Notes: generated by a model not told the origin, from the sequence alone. DNA of 32,488 nucleotides from an uncultured Candidatus Bathyarchaeia archaeon (GCA_964634705.1 CAZWKG010000002.1:1-32488); one strand, 5' to 3'. Numbered from the stretch's first letter, positions 16,689-24,464 are shown. Made by a program: numbers and translations.

Positions 16689-17025
16689 TCACTCTTCTAT
16701 TTGTAGCCTTCTTTTCCCGTTGGTAGATTTCGGTGTGATGTTAATGAACTTGACAACAGGCTTGATGTGGGGTGTCCCTCCACCTTCAGACACGACTTCC
16801 ATAAGTCTGTCAGGATTCAAAGCCCTGATGGTTCCCACGATCTTCACGACCCGCGCGAAGAGGGGGTCAGGTATCAGGTTGGCAGACGCGCCGATGACTC
16901 CTACCTCCTTCGCAACCTTCGAATGTTCTTCAAATAATAGACTGAGCCAAGGTGGGCGTTCCGGGCGAAGAACCCCAGATACCGGTGGCTCGGGTACATA
17001 CGCTTAATTCATTCGTAGGCTACCA
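16689..17025 (-). pseudogene. decayed paralog of the DUF364 (Rossmann-like, putative metal chelation) gene at 22413..23183
   Basis: Own minus-strand translation: ..EEHSKVAKEVGVIGASANLIPDPLFARVVKIVGTIRALNPDRLMEVVSEGGGTPHIKPVVKFINITPK..*. It aligns with the intact protein ..AENARRVALVGPTVSCIPDPLFKKGVSFVGGVRIFDPDRAMQIIGEGGGTPQLRQAAKFVTY. The upstream part (GIWGSSPGTPTLAQSII, compare ITGSSLANGTVDRLL) is in another frame that ends at TGA 16930-16932. No usable start codon is present. Confidence 0.6.
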
Positions 17026-17194
17026 CGGTCTTCCAGCAATAGGGGAACTAAAATGCTTCGTGCGGGAGGGTTCTCTAACTTTCTTAATAACGAGAGCTGT
17101 AAGATGGAGGATCATGCAAGTACATTCTTCGGAAGGGTTTTTAAACATGGATGCCCTTTTAAAGAGATTTAACCTAGCCTAAAAAGGTGTCTGT

Positions 17195-18076
17195 ATGAGC
17201 GGAGGGCAATCCGCAAACTCTGAGTTGCATAGATCTCAAGAAGCTCCCTTAAGAAACCGGCATGAGGAGATGAAACTCCTCAAAACGAGGATGGAAAAGA
17301 TACGGCACAAGATTGCCGTCATCAGCGGGAAAGGAGGCGTCGGCAAGACCCTAGTCACCGTCAACCTGGCCGTGGCCCTGGCAATGAGTGGGCGAAACGG
17401 CAGGGTCGGCATCCTCGATGCGGACATACACGGCCCCTGCGTCCCGAAGATGCTGGGATTGAAGGGGAACCGATTGGAGGTGGGGCCACCCGGCGTGTTT
17501 CCGGCTTTTGGCCTCTTAAACATCAAGGTGGTATCCATGGACTTCCTTCTCCCCAGCGACGACTCCCCCGTCATCTGGAGAGGACCATTGAAGATGGGCG
17601 CCATAAGGCAGTTCCTCTCCGAGATCGTCTGGGGCGACCTGGAGTACCTCCTCATAGATCTGCCGCCTGGGACCGGGGACGAGGCGCTCAGCGTTCTCCA
17701 GCTGCTGCCGGAGATGGACGGCGTCGTCATAGTCACCATCCCCAGCGAGGTCTCCCAGAACGTCGTAAAGAAGGCTGTCACCTTCGCCCGGAAGATGGAG
17801 GTGCCCGTCATAGGCGTCGTCGAGAACATGAGCGGCCTCGTCTGTCCCTTCTGTGGGGAGAGGATCGACGTGTTCAGCAGCGGTGGAGGAGAGAAGATAG
17901 CCATGGAGATGGGGATCCCCCTCCTGGGAGCCATCCCCCTAGACCCCAGCATCTCTAGGGACTCGGACGCAGGCATACCTTTCATAGTAGAGCACCGGGA
18001 TTCATTGGCCGCCAGGGCATTCGACTCCATAGTCGAGGAGATAGAGAGATTCGTGGAGAAGAGGGGAAGGGAATGA
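17195..18076 (+). CDS. mrp: Mrp/NBP35/ApbC-family Fe-S cluster carrier ATPase
   Basis: 293 aa. It has the deviant Walker A ISGKGGVGKT, plus ILDADIHGP, DLPPGTGDE and the cluster-bridging CPFC motif. A TATA-like GTTTTTAAAC lies at 17138-17147 and AGGTG lies 6 nt upstream of the ATG. Confidence 0.9.
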   Translation: MSGGQSANSELHRSQEAPLRNRHEEMKLLKTRMEKIRHKIAVISGKGGVGKTLVTVNLAVALAMSGRNGRVGILDADIHGPCVPKMLGLKGNRLEVGPPGVFPAFGLLNIKVVSMDFLLPSDDSPVIWRGPLKMGAIRQFLSEIVWGDLEYLLIDLPPGTGDEALSVLQLLPEMDGVVIVTIPSEVSQNVVKKAVTFARKMEVPVIGVVENMSGLVCPFCGERIDVFSSGGGEKIAMEMGIPLLGAIPLDPSISRDSDAGIPFIVEHRDSLAARAFDSIVEEIERFVEKRGRE

Positions 18077-18480
18077 AGCTGGCTGTATCATCCACAGGAA
18101 GAGGCCTGGAAAGCGCTGTTGACCCGCGTTTCGGCAGGTGCTCCTACTTCGTCATTGTAGACACAGAGACGATGGAGTTCGAGGCGGTGCCCAACTTGAG
18201 CGTAGGGGCTGCCCACGGCGCGGGGATTCAGGCCGCCCAGCTGGTCGCCTCAAAGGGAGTGGAGGCCGTTCTGACGGGTAACTTGGGCCCCAACGCGTTC
18301 AGCGCTCTCTCAGCAGCGGGCGTACAGGTGGTGACGGGGGCTGGGGGCACAGTCAGAGACACCCTGGAGCGGTTTAAACGGGGCGAACTCAGAGCGAGCA
18401 GCGGTCCCACCGTGGGCGGCCACTTTGGCTCGGGAGGCCGAGGGACGGGCCGGCGAAGGGGTGGACGACGCCGTATCTGA
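18073..18480 (+). CDS. NifX/NifB-C-terminal-like (Nitro_FeMo-Co family) protein with a Gly/Arg-rich tail
   Basis: 135 aa. DPRFGRCSYFVIVDTETMEF..GAGIQAAQLVASKGVEAVLTGNLGPNAF is the COG1433 signature. The C-terminal tail is GGHFGSGGRGTGRRRGGRRRI. Its ATG overlaps the mrp TGA (ATGA). Confidence 0.8.
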   Translation: MKLAVSSTGRGLESAVDPRFGRCSYFVIVDTETMEFEAVPNLSVGAAHGAGIQAAQLVASKGVEAVLTGNLGPNAFSALSAAGVQVVTGAGGTVRDTLERFKRGELRASSGPTVGGHFGSGGRGTGRRRGGRRRI

Positions 18481-18528
18481 GGCTCCTTTATACGTCTCAT
18501 CCACAAATAAAATTATGAGGCGGAGAAG

Positions 18529-18891
18529 ATGGTCAGGATCGTGATCCCGGTCGCTGATGGGAGTGGGGAGCTGCTCTCAGACCACTTCGGAAGAGCTCCC
18601 TACTTCGCCTGGTACAAGCTTGAGGGCAGCGAGATCGTCGACAGAGGCCTTGTACCTAATGACAGCGAGCACTTCGGTGGAACGGGTCTTCCTCCGGATC
18701 GCATCTTGCAGCTTAGGCCTGATGCGGTCATCACAGTCGGCATGGGATGGAGGGCCCTCAGCAGGTTTCAGAACGCCGGCGTGGCAGTGCTGCAGTCGGT
18801 GGGAAGGCAGGCTGAGGAGAACCTCGACAGGTTCCTCAGGGGAGAGCTCGAGGAGCTGACCGAAGGCTGCCTCCACGCCCGCCACCGCTAG
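18529..18891 (+). CDS. NifX/NifB-C-terminal-like (Nitro_FeMo-Co family) protein, second paralog
   Basis: 120 aa. It has LSDHFGRAPYFAWYKLEG...PDAVITVGMGWRALSRFQNAGVAV and ends in a Cys/His-containing EGCLHARHR. Confidence 0.78.
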   Translation: MVRIVIPVADGSGELLSDHFGRAPYFAWYKLEGSEIVDRGLVPNDSEHFGGTGLPPDRILQLRPDAVITVGMGWRALSRFQNAGVAVLQSVGRQAEENLDRFLRGELEELTEGCLHARHR

Positions 18892-18910
18892 ACGGTGTAA
18901 GGGGTCGCAT

Positions 18911-19747
18911 TTGAAGATCGCGATAGCGAGCGGCAAAGGTGGGACCGGAAAGACCTCGGTCGCCGTCAACCTGGCCCTATCGCTTGAGGTTGCCCAGGTC
19001 CTCGACTGCGATGTGGAGGAGCCCAACGCCCACATCTTGTTGAAGCCCGAGGTCGATAGCGTCTCCCCAGTCGAGGTTTTAGTCCCCCGCATCTTCAAGG
19101 ACAAGTGCGACTACTGCGGCGAGTGCGCCCGCTTCTGCCAGTATCACGCCCTCTTCGTCGCCGGTGAGACCGCCCTCGTCTTCCCAGAGCTCTGCCACAG
19201 CTGCGGCGGCTGCAGCCTAGTCTGCCCTAGAGACGCCATCGTCGAGGAGCCGAGGAAGATCGGCATGGTGTTCAAGGGTTCGGCCTGCAATGTTGAACTC
19301 GTCTACGGCGAGCTGGAGGTGGGCGAGCCGATGGCTGTCCCTGTAATCTCGGCCGTCAAGAGGCGAATGAATGAAGAGGGGAGGGTCATCTTGGACGCGC
19401 CGCCGGGAACTGCCTGCCCCGTGGTCGAAACGGTCCACGGAAGCGACTTCTGCCTGCTAGTGACGGAACCGACGCCCTTCGGCCTCCACGACCTGAAGGT
19501 CACGGTGGAGGTCGTGAGGCAGCTTAGGGTCCCCCTCGGTGTGGTCGTCAACTTCAGCGGAATAGGCGACCACGGCGTCTACGACTTCTGCGACGAGCAG
19601 GGCATCCCAATCCTGATGGAGATACCCTTCGACCGCGGTATAGCTGAACTCTACTCTAGGGGTGTCCCCTTCGTCGAGGCGATGCCAGAGTGGAAGCAGC
19701 GGTTCAGGGAGCTTGCAGACCGAATACGGGAGGAGGCTGGCGCATGA
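18911..19747 (+). CDS. MinD/ParA-superfamily P-loop ATPase with inserted 2x[4Fe-4S] ferredoxin module (COG1149 type), paralog 1
   Basis: 278 aa with a TTG start. It has the Walker A SGKGGTGKTS and LDCDVEEPNAHILL. The insert carries CDYCGECARFC and CHSCGGCSLVCP (two CxxCxxCxxxC motifs). Confidence 0.85.
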   Translation: MKIAIASGKGGTGKTSVAVNLALSLEVAQVLDCDVEEPNAHILLKPEVDSVSPVEVLVPRIFKDKCDYCGECARFCQYHALFVAGETALVFPELCHSCGGCSLVCPRDAIVEEPRKIGMVFKGSACNVELVYGELEVGEPMAVPVISAVKRRMNEEGRVILDAPPGTACPVVETVHGSDFCLLVTEPTPFGLHDLKVTVEVVRQLRVPLGVVVNFSGIGDHGVYDFCDEQGIPILMEIPFDRGIAELYSRGVPFVEAMPEWKQRFRELADRIREEAGA

Positions 19748-20631
19748 AGCAGATCACGATCCTCAGCGGCAAGGGCGGGACGGGAAAGACGACGGTGACG
19801 GCGTCCTTCGCCGCCCTGTCTGAGAATACGGTCTTCGCCGACTGCGATGTCGACGCCTCCAACCTCCATCTGCTGCTGAAGCCCAAGGTGGAGGAGACCA
19901 TGGAGTTCAAAGGCCTCAAACTCGCCGTAATCAACTCCGACAGGTGCACAAGATGCGGACTATGCGAGGAGAAGTGCCGCTTCAACGCGATCAAAGAATT
20001 CAAAGTAGACCCTATCAAGTGCGAGGGATGCGGCGTCTGCGTACGTGTCTGCCCTGTTGATGCCATCGACTTCTTGGAGCGGGTCTGCGGCCACGCCTAC
20101 ATCTCCCAGACCCGATACGGCCCTATGAGCCACGCCCGGCTGAAGCCGGGGATGGAGAACTCGGGAAAGCTCGTCACCCTAGTGAGGCAGAACGCGAAGA
20201 AGCTGGCAGAGGATGGAGATCACGATCTGGTGATCGTCGATGGCCCGCCGGGCATCGGGTGTCCCGTCATCGCTTCCCTCTCCGAGATCGACATCGGCTT
20301 CGTGGTGGTGGAGCCCACCCTTTCCGGCATCCACGACCTCAAGCGGGCGCTGATGCTACTAGAACACTTCAAGGTCGAGCCCCTGGTCTGCATAAACAAG
20401 CACGACCTGAATGAGGAGAACACGGGCGACATCGAGGAATTCTGCGCCGAGGAGGGTATAGATGTCGTCGGCAAAATTCCCTTCGACCCTGAGGTCACTA
20501 GGGCGATTGTCGCGGGCCTTCCAGTGGTCGAGTATGAACCGGGGTCTCCCGCATCGAAGGCGATTAAAGAGACATGGACGCTATTAAAGCAGCGCCTCAG
20601 GTTAAACGCCCGAGGATTGGTTGATCGATGA
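19744..20631 (+). CDS. MinD/ParA-superfamily P-loop ATPase with inserted 2x[4Fe-4S] ferredoxin module (COG1149 type), paralog 2
   Basis: The ORF track starts at 19690. I prefer ATG 19744 (MKQITILSGKGGTGKTT), which overlaps the upstream TGA (ATGA). It has ADCDVDASNLHLLL, CTRCGLCEEKC and CEGCGVCVRVCP. Confidence 0.85.
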   Translation: MKQITILSGKGGTGKTTVTASFAALSENTVFADCDVDASNLHLLLKPKVEETMEFKGLKLAVINSDRCTRCGLCEEKCRFNAIKEFKVDPIKCEGCGVCVRVCPVDAIDFLERVCGHAYISQTRYGPMSHARLKPGMENSGKLVTLVRQNAKKLAEDGDHDLVIVDGPPGIGCPVIASLSEIDIGFVVVEPTLSGIHDLKRALMLLEHFKVEPLVCINKHDLNEENTGDIEEFCAEEGIDVVGKIPFDPEVTRAIVAGLPVVEYEPGSPASKAIKETWTLLKQRLRLNARGLVDR

Positions 20632-21377
20632 GCCCCCTATTTTGGATAATCGGGGCCACATTTATCATCAGTCTGATAGCCTGGATCGGATCTCTAACCC
20701 TATTTCTGAAAGAAGAACTGATGGATAACATCCTGCAGGTCCTCGTGGCTTTATCCGCCGGAGGGTTGATGGGCGGGGCCTTCTTCCACCTACTGCCTGA
20801 AGCCATCTCTGAGGTGGGTTCCGCTTCACCTGCCACCTTAAACCTGTTCTCATACCTCATCGTAGGCTTCTGCACCTTCTTCATCTTGGAACAGTTCATC
20901 GCATGGTACCATGAACATTCTGGCGTACATCGGAGGAAACCGGTCTCCTACCTGGTCCTGATCTCCGATCTGGTGCACAACTTCATCGACGGACTGGTGA
21001 TCGCTGGTTCCTTCATGATCGGCTTCAACGTGGGAGTAGCCACATCCCTCGCCATAGCCTTGCACGAGATCCCCCAGGAGATAGGAGACTTCGGGGTCCT
21101 GGTCTACGGTGGCTTTCAAAAGCTTAGGGCCCTAATCTGGAACTACGCGTCAGCGGTCACGGTAATCCTCGGAGGGGTAGCAGGATATTATCTCTCCACC
21201 CTTGTAGGGGGCGCCGCCGTTCTTCTGCTACCCTTTGCGGCGGGAAACTTCATCTATATAGCCGCCTCTGATCTGATACCTGAAATAAAGCATGGAGAAA
21301 AAATCGGGAGAAACCTGGTGCATTTCTTCACATTCATGACTGGGATACTGCTCATGCTTGGAATAAGAATACTATGA
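20628..21377 (+). CDS. ZIP-family divalent metal permease (ZupT-like)
   Basis: 249 aa and polytopic. It has the HNFIDGLVIAGSF and ALHEIPQEIGDFGVL signature helices. Its ATG overlaps the stop of ATPase paralog 2 (ATGA). Confidence 0.85.
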   Translation: MSPLFWIIGATFIISLIAWIGSLTLFLKEELMDNILQVLVALSAGGLMGGAFFHLLPEAISEVGSASPATLNLFSYLIVGFCTFFILEQFIAWYHEHSGVHRRKPVSYLVLISDLVHNFIDGLVIAGSFMIGFNVGVATSLAIALHEIPQEIGDFGVLVYGGFQKLRALIWNYASAVTVILGGVAGYYLSTLVGGAAVLLLPFAAGNFIYIAASDLIPEIKHGEKIGRNLVHFFTFMTGILLMLGIRIL

Positions 21378-21425
21378 TGGAAAAAACTGCTATCATGAAT
21401 AAAGGAACCCGGGGGCACCATTAAT

Positions 21426-22280
21426 ATGAAGTTGAATAGCAGAAGCCTATTCGTTCTGGCTTTCTTCCTTATCGCAATCATCGTCTTGGCCATCTACCTC
21501 ATCAAATTTATCTATAAGCCAGCTGAAGGCCCTTTTAATGAAGAGCATCTTAAGCTTGGGAAATGTGATGGAACTCTAACCATTCTCTACGACAACAACC
21601 CCTACGACCCGAAGCTGAGAACTGCTTGGGGCTTCTCCTGCCTCGTCTCCCTAGACGGCGCCACCATCCTCTTCGACACCGGCGGAGACGGGAGGCTCCT
21701 GGCCGAGAACATGGCTAAGCTGGGAGTCGACATAAGAAGCATACAGGCAGTCGTCCTCTCCCACATCCACGGCGACCACACCGGAGGCCTAGACGCCGTA
21801 CTGGAAAAAAATAACAACGTAACGGTCTTTCTCCCAGCCTCCTTCACTTCTAACTTTAAAGCCGATGTGAAGAGGCATGGAAGCGCGGTGGTGGAGGTGT
21901 ATGAGGCGGTCAAGGTCCATGATTGCGTTGCGACGACAGGCGTCCTAGGAAGAGCCATCGAGGAACAGTCTCTCATGGTGGAGACGAGCCGAGGGTTGGT
22001 GCTGGTCACCGGCTGCGCCCATCCGGGAATTGTGAACATCGTAAGAAGGGCGAAGGAACTCACCGGCGAAGAAATACACCTCGTCGTCGGAGGATTCCAC
22101 CTCGCCTCTAAATCAGAGGAGGAGATAAACCGGATCATCACCCAGATGAAGGAGTTGGGTGTTAGGAAGGTGGCTCCCTGCCACTGCAGCGGCGACCCGG
22201 CGAGGAGGCTATTCAAAGAAGCCTTCATAGCCAACTATATAGAAGCCGGAGTTGGCAAGGTAATACAGATCGTAGGCTGA
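21426..22280 (+). CDS. N-terminally membrane-anchored MBL-fold metallohydrolase (COG1237-like)
   Basis: 284 aa. It has one N-terminal TM helix (LFVLAFFLIAIIVLAIYLI) after K/R residues, the HxHxDH motif SHIHGDHTGG, and TGCAHPG. This family is often auto-annotated after the MJ0301 methanopterin enzyme. Confidence 0.78.
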   Translation: MKLNSRSLFVLAFFLIAIIVLAIYLIKFIYKPAEGPFNEEHLKLGKCDGTLTILYDNNPYDPKLRTAWGFSCLVSLDGATILFDTGGDGRLLAENMAKLGVDIRSIQAVVLSHIHGDHTGGLDAVLEKNNNVTVFLPASFTSNFKADVKRHGSAVVEVYEAVKVHDCVATTGVLGRAIEEQSLMVETSRGLVLVTGCAHPGIVNIVRRAKELTGEEIHLVVGGFHLASKSEEEINRIITQMKELGVRKVAPCHCSGDPARRLFKEAFIANYIEAGVGKVIQIVG

Positions 22281-22412
22281 GCATATGGATACTTCGAGTC
22301 ATTCTCTGAAGAGATGGTCTATGTTTCCTCTGCCCTACAAGAACTTTAAGGCGGTTCTTTGCTACCTAGGTTTGAGGTGCCTCATGGGAGGTGAAGACAG
22401 ATAACCACGGTA

Positions 22413-23183
22413 GTGAAAGAAGTGATAGACCTTCTCATCCAAAACGTTCCCGACATGGAGGACATCCTAATCGATAGGGTGTGTTTAGGGTTGGGATACA
22501 CAGGCGTTAAGCTGGAAGGAGGGCAGATGGGGGTGTGCCACAGCCTCCTCTCCGAGATGGCGCCGGGATGCTGCGAGATAATCGATCAGGCAGGGACGCT
22601 TGCCGGTAGACCTGCTCCAGAACTCCTTAGCCTGGCTGGTTCTTGGGACCTTGGGGAACGTGTGATCGGAGTGGCCACGATGAACGCGCTCTCACAGATC
22701 GTCTTCGAAACTCACCCTGATAGATACGCCTGTGAGGAGAGGAACCTCATCGACGTTCTCGAAGTAGGTCACGAGGAAGTTGTGGCTTTAGTTGGGCTCA
22801 TCAAACCTTTCATCCCCATTTTAAGGTCCAAGGCAAAGCAGTTGTATGTTTTAGAGCGTGGGTTCCGACGCGAAAAGGGGATACTTCCGGATACCGCCTG
22901 CGAGGAGGTGATCCCAGAGGCGGATGTGGTGGTCATCACGGGGAGCTCCCTCGCTAACGGGACCGTAGATCGCCTCTTAGTGCTCGCAGAGAACGCGAGA
23001 AGGGTGGCCTTGGTTGGCCCAACCGTCAGCTGCATCCCTGACCCACTATTCAAAAAGGGAGTCAGCTTCGTCGGAGGAGTCCGAATTTTTGATCCAGATA
23101 GAGCTATGCAGATCATAGGGGAGGGTGGTGGCACGCCTCAACTTAGACAAGCCGCCAAGTTTGTAACTTACAGGGCTAAATAA
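22413..23183 (+). CDS. DUF4213/DUF364 protein (putative heavy-metal chelation, enolase-N-like plus Rossmann-like domains)
   Basis: 256 aa with a GTG start. It has VCLGLGYTGVKLEGGQMGVCHS in the N-terminal domain and ADVVVITGSSLANGT...GGGTP in the C-terminal domain, as I recall for these Pfam families. Confidence 0.72.
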   Translation: MKEVIDLLIQNVPDMEDILIDRVCLGLGYTGVKLEGGQMGVCHSLLSEMAPGCCEIIDQAGTLAGRPAPELLSLAGSWDLGERVIGVATMNALSQIVFETHPDRYACEERNLIDVLEVGHEEVVALVGLIKPFIPILRSKAKQLYVLERGFRREKGILPDTACEEVIPEADVVVITGSSLANGTVDRLLVLAENARRVALVGPTVSCIPDPLFKKGVSFVGGVRIFDPDRAMQIIGEGGGTPQLRQAAKFVTYRAK

Positions 23184-23310
23184 GATGGATACTTTGCGAC
23201 ACCCATAACTGGAAGTTGATCCATTATGGTGTATTCGAGACCCATCTCTTCGTAAAAAGATCGAAGTATCGGATAGCTTTACTTGAGTATAATACTGTGT
23301 GACACCGGGA
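23169..23310 (-). pseudogene. possible relic of a GNAT acetyltransferase C-terminus
   Basis: Own minus-strand translation in two frames: ..HTVLYSSKAIRY.. then ..RSFYEEMGLEYTIMDQLPV..*. Together they resemble the GNAT motif-B tail (L.V...N..AI.FYEK.GFE). A frameshift and an in-frame TAA interrupt it. The support is weak, and it overlaps the DUF364 3' end by 15 nt. Confidence 0.3.
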
Positions 23311-23372
23311 TATAAACTATGACGATGGACTTTGCCCCGCTTCACCATCGGACCTTTGCGAGCAGATAACGA

Positions 23373-23747
23373 TTAAAGCATTTTCTCGTCTAACTGTCTC
23401 TTCACTTTCTCGACTTTATCCTCCATCCTCCGGGGCTCGTCTCTTCTGTCATCGATCTTAATATCGGTCACAACCCTCTTCGCTCCAGCCCGGAAAACAG
23501 CTTCATGGGCTTTCAAGATCACCTCAACAGCCTCCTCTAGCGTATCAGCCTCCAGAACCGTCGCCATAGGTGTCAGCTGGTACCTCAGACCCGACCTCTC
23601 GACTTCCTTCAAGGCCTCGGACACGAATCTAGAGACGCTCACTCCCTCCCCAAGCGGAGAAGTTGAGAACTGGACTATCACCTTCAAATCCTTGCGAGAA
23701 CTCTTACCTTTCATTTTGATCATGTATGGATTTAAACGCAGGGGCAA
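23373..23747 (-). CDS. MTH1187/YkoF-family (thiamine-binding-like) protein
   Basis: KVIVQFSTSPLGEGVSVSRFVSEALKEVERSGLRYQLTPMATVLEADTLEEAVEVILKAHEAVF matches the MTH1187 fold family. The real start is probably an internal Met (MKGKSS.., about 23714). Confidence 0.72.
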   Translation of the reverse strand: MPLRLNPYMIKMKGKSSRKDLKVIVQFSTSPLGEGVSVSRFVSEALKEVERSGLRYQLTPMATVLEADTLEEAVEVILKAHEAVFRAGAKRVVTDIKIDDRRDEPRRMEDKVEKVKRQLDEKML

Positions 23748-23774
23748 GATAACATTACTGTGTCCGCATTTGCG

Positions 23775-24464
23775 TTAGGTGGGAGCTATTTGTGTTTTAA
23801 GGTGCTTTTTGGCCTTGATGAGGATTACTCCGACGCCCCGCCTGATTGGGACAAGCTGGTATTCCTCCTCAGGCTCATCGGGAGAGGCAGTTAGCGTGCC
23901 CACCGACTCCACAGGATCGAAGCCTGCTTTCTTCAGTAAGGAGGAAACCTCGCTAAGCGTGTATAGCTTTGCTCTGCTAAAGATTTGGTTTCCTTTTTCT
24001 GCGAGTTTGGAATAGTGCTCTCCCCATGAGCTATCCCGGTTGATTAGCAGAATCACTAGAGTCGCATCTTCCCTGAGGATTTTGTTTACTGAGTATAGCG
24101 ACTTTAACGGTTCTGGCATGAACTCCAATACTGTGACCATGTAGGCAAAGTCTAGGCTTCCACGTCTTATAGGTGAGGCTTCAGCCATCGCTATGATCGA
24201 CGGTAAATTCCTCTTTTTCGCTTCTTTGAGCATGCCTTGGGAGGGGTCTAAGCAGACTACACTTCTCTCATCCGTTGATAGATATTTGGCGAAGATGCCC
24301 GTGCCAGATCCTATATCGATACCTAACCCTGAATGGGGTAACAGGGCCTCTAGCCCAACGAGTTCTGAACGGAAAGCGTAGACACCGACGGGCTTACCGT
24401 ACCATTCATCATAGGATGCCGCTGCATTTTCGAAGATTTCTATGATTTCACGCGTACTTTTCAT
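23775..24464 (-). CDS. class I SAM-dependent methyltransferase
   Basis: 229 aa. It has motif I GLGIDIGSGTGIFAKYL and a post-I acidic residue (VCLDPS). It is a Methyltransf_11-like protein. Confidence 0.8.
   Translation of the reverse strand: MKSTREIIEIFENAAASYDEWYGKPVGVYAFRSELVGLEALLPHSGLGIDIGSGTGIFAKYLSTDERSVVCLDPSQGMLKEAKKRNLPSIIAMAEASPIRRGSLDFAYMVTVLEFMPEPLKSLYSVNKILREDATLVILLINRDSSWGEHYSKLAEKGNQIFSRAKLYTLSEVSSLLKKAGFDPVESVGTLTASPDEPEEEYQLVPIRRGVGVILIKAKKHLKTQIAPT

Noticed and set aside
17236-19104. 264-aa (17236..18030 -) and 175-aa (18577..19104 -) antisense ORFs over the mrp and NifX-like/MinD genes
   Set aside because: The sense strand has Walker A, CPFC and NifX-like motifs. The antisense products are Ser/Pro/Thr-rich and have no motifs.
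22285-23196. 10-mer ATGGATACTT recurring 5-6 nt after the stop codons of the MBL gene (22285) and the DUF364 gene (23184)
   Set aside because: Exact 10-mer repeats are expected by chance many times in a 32-kb window. There is no extended similarity around them.
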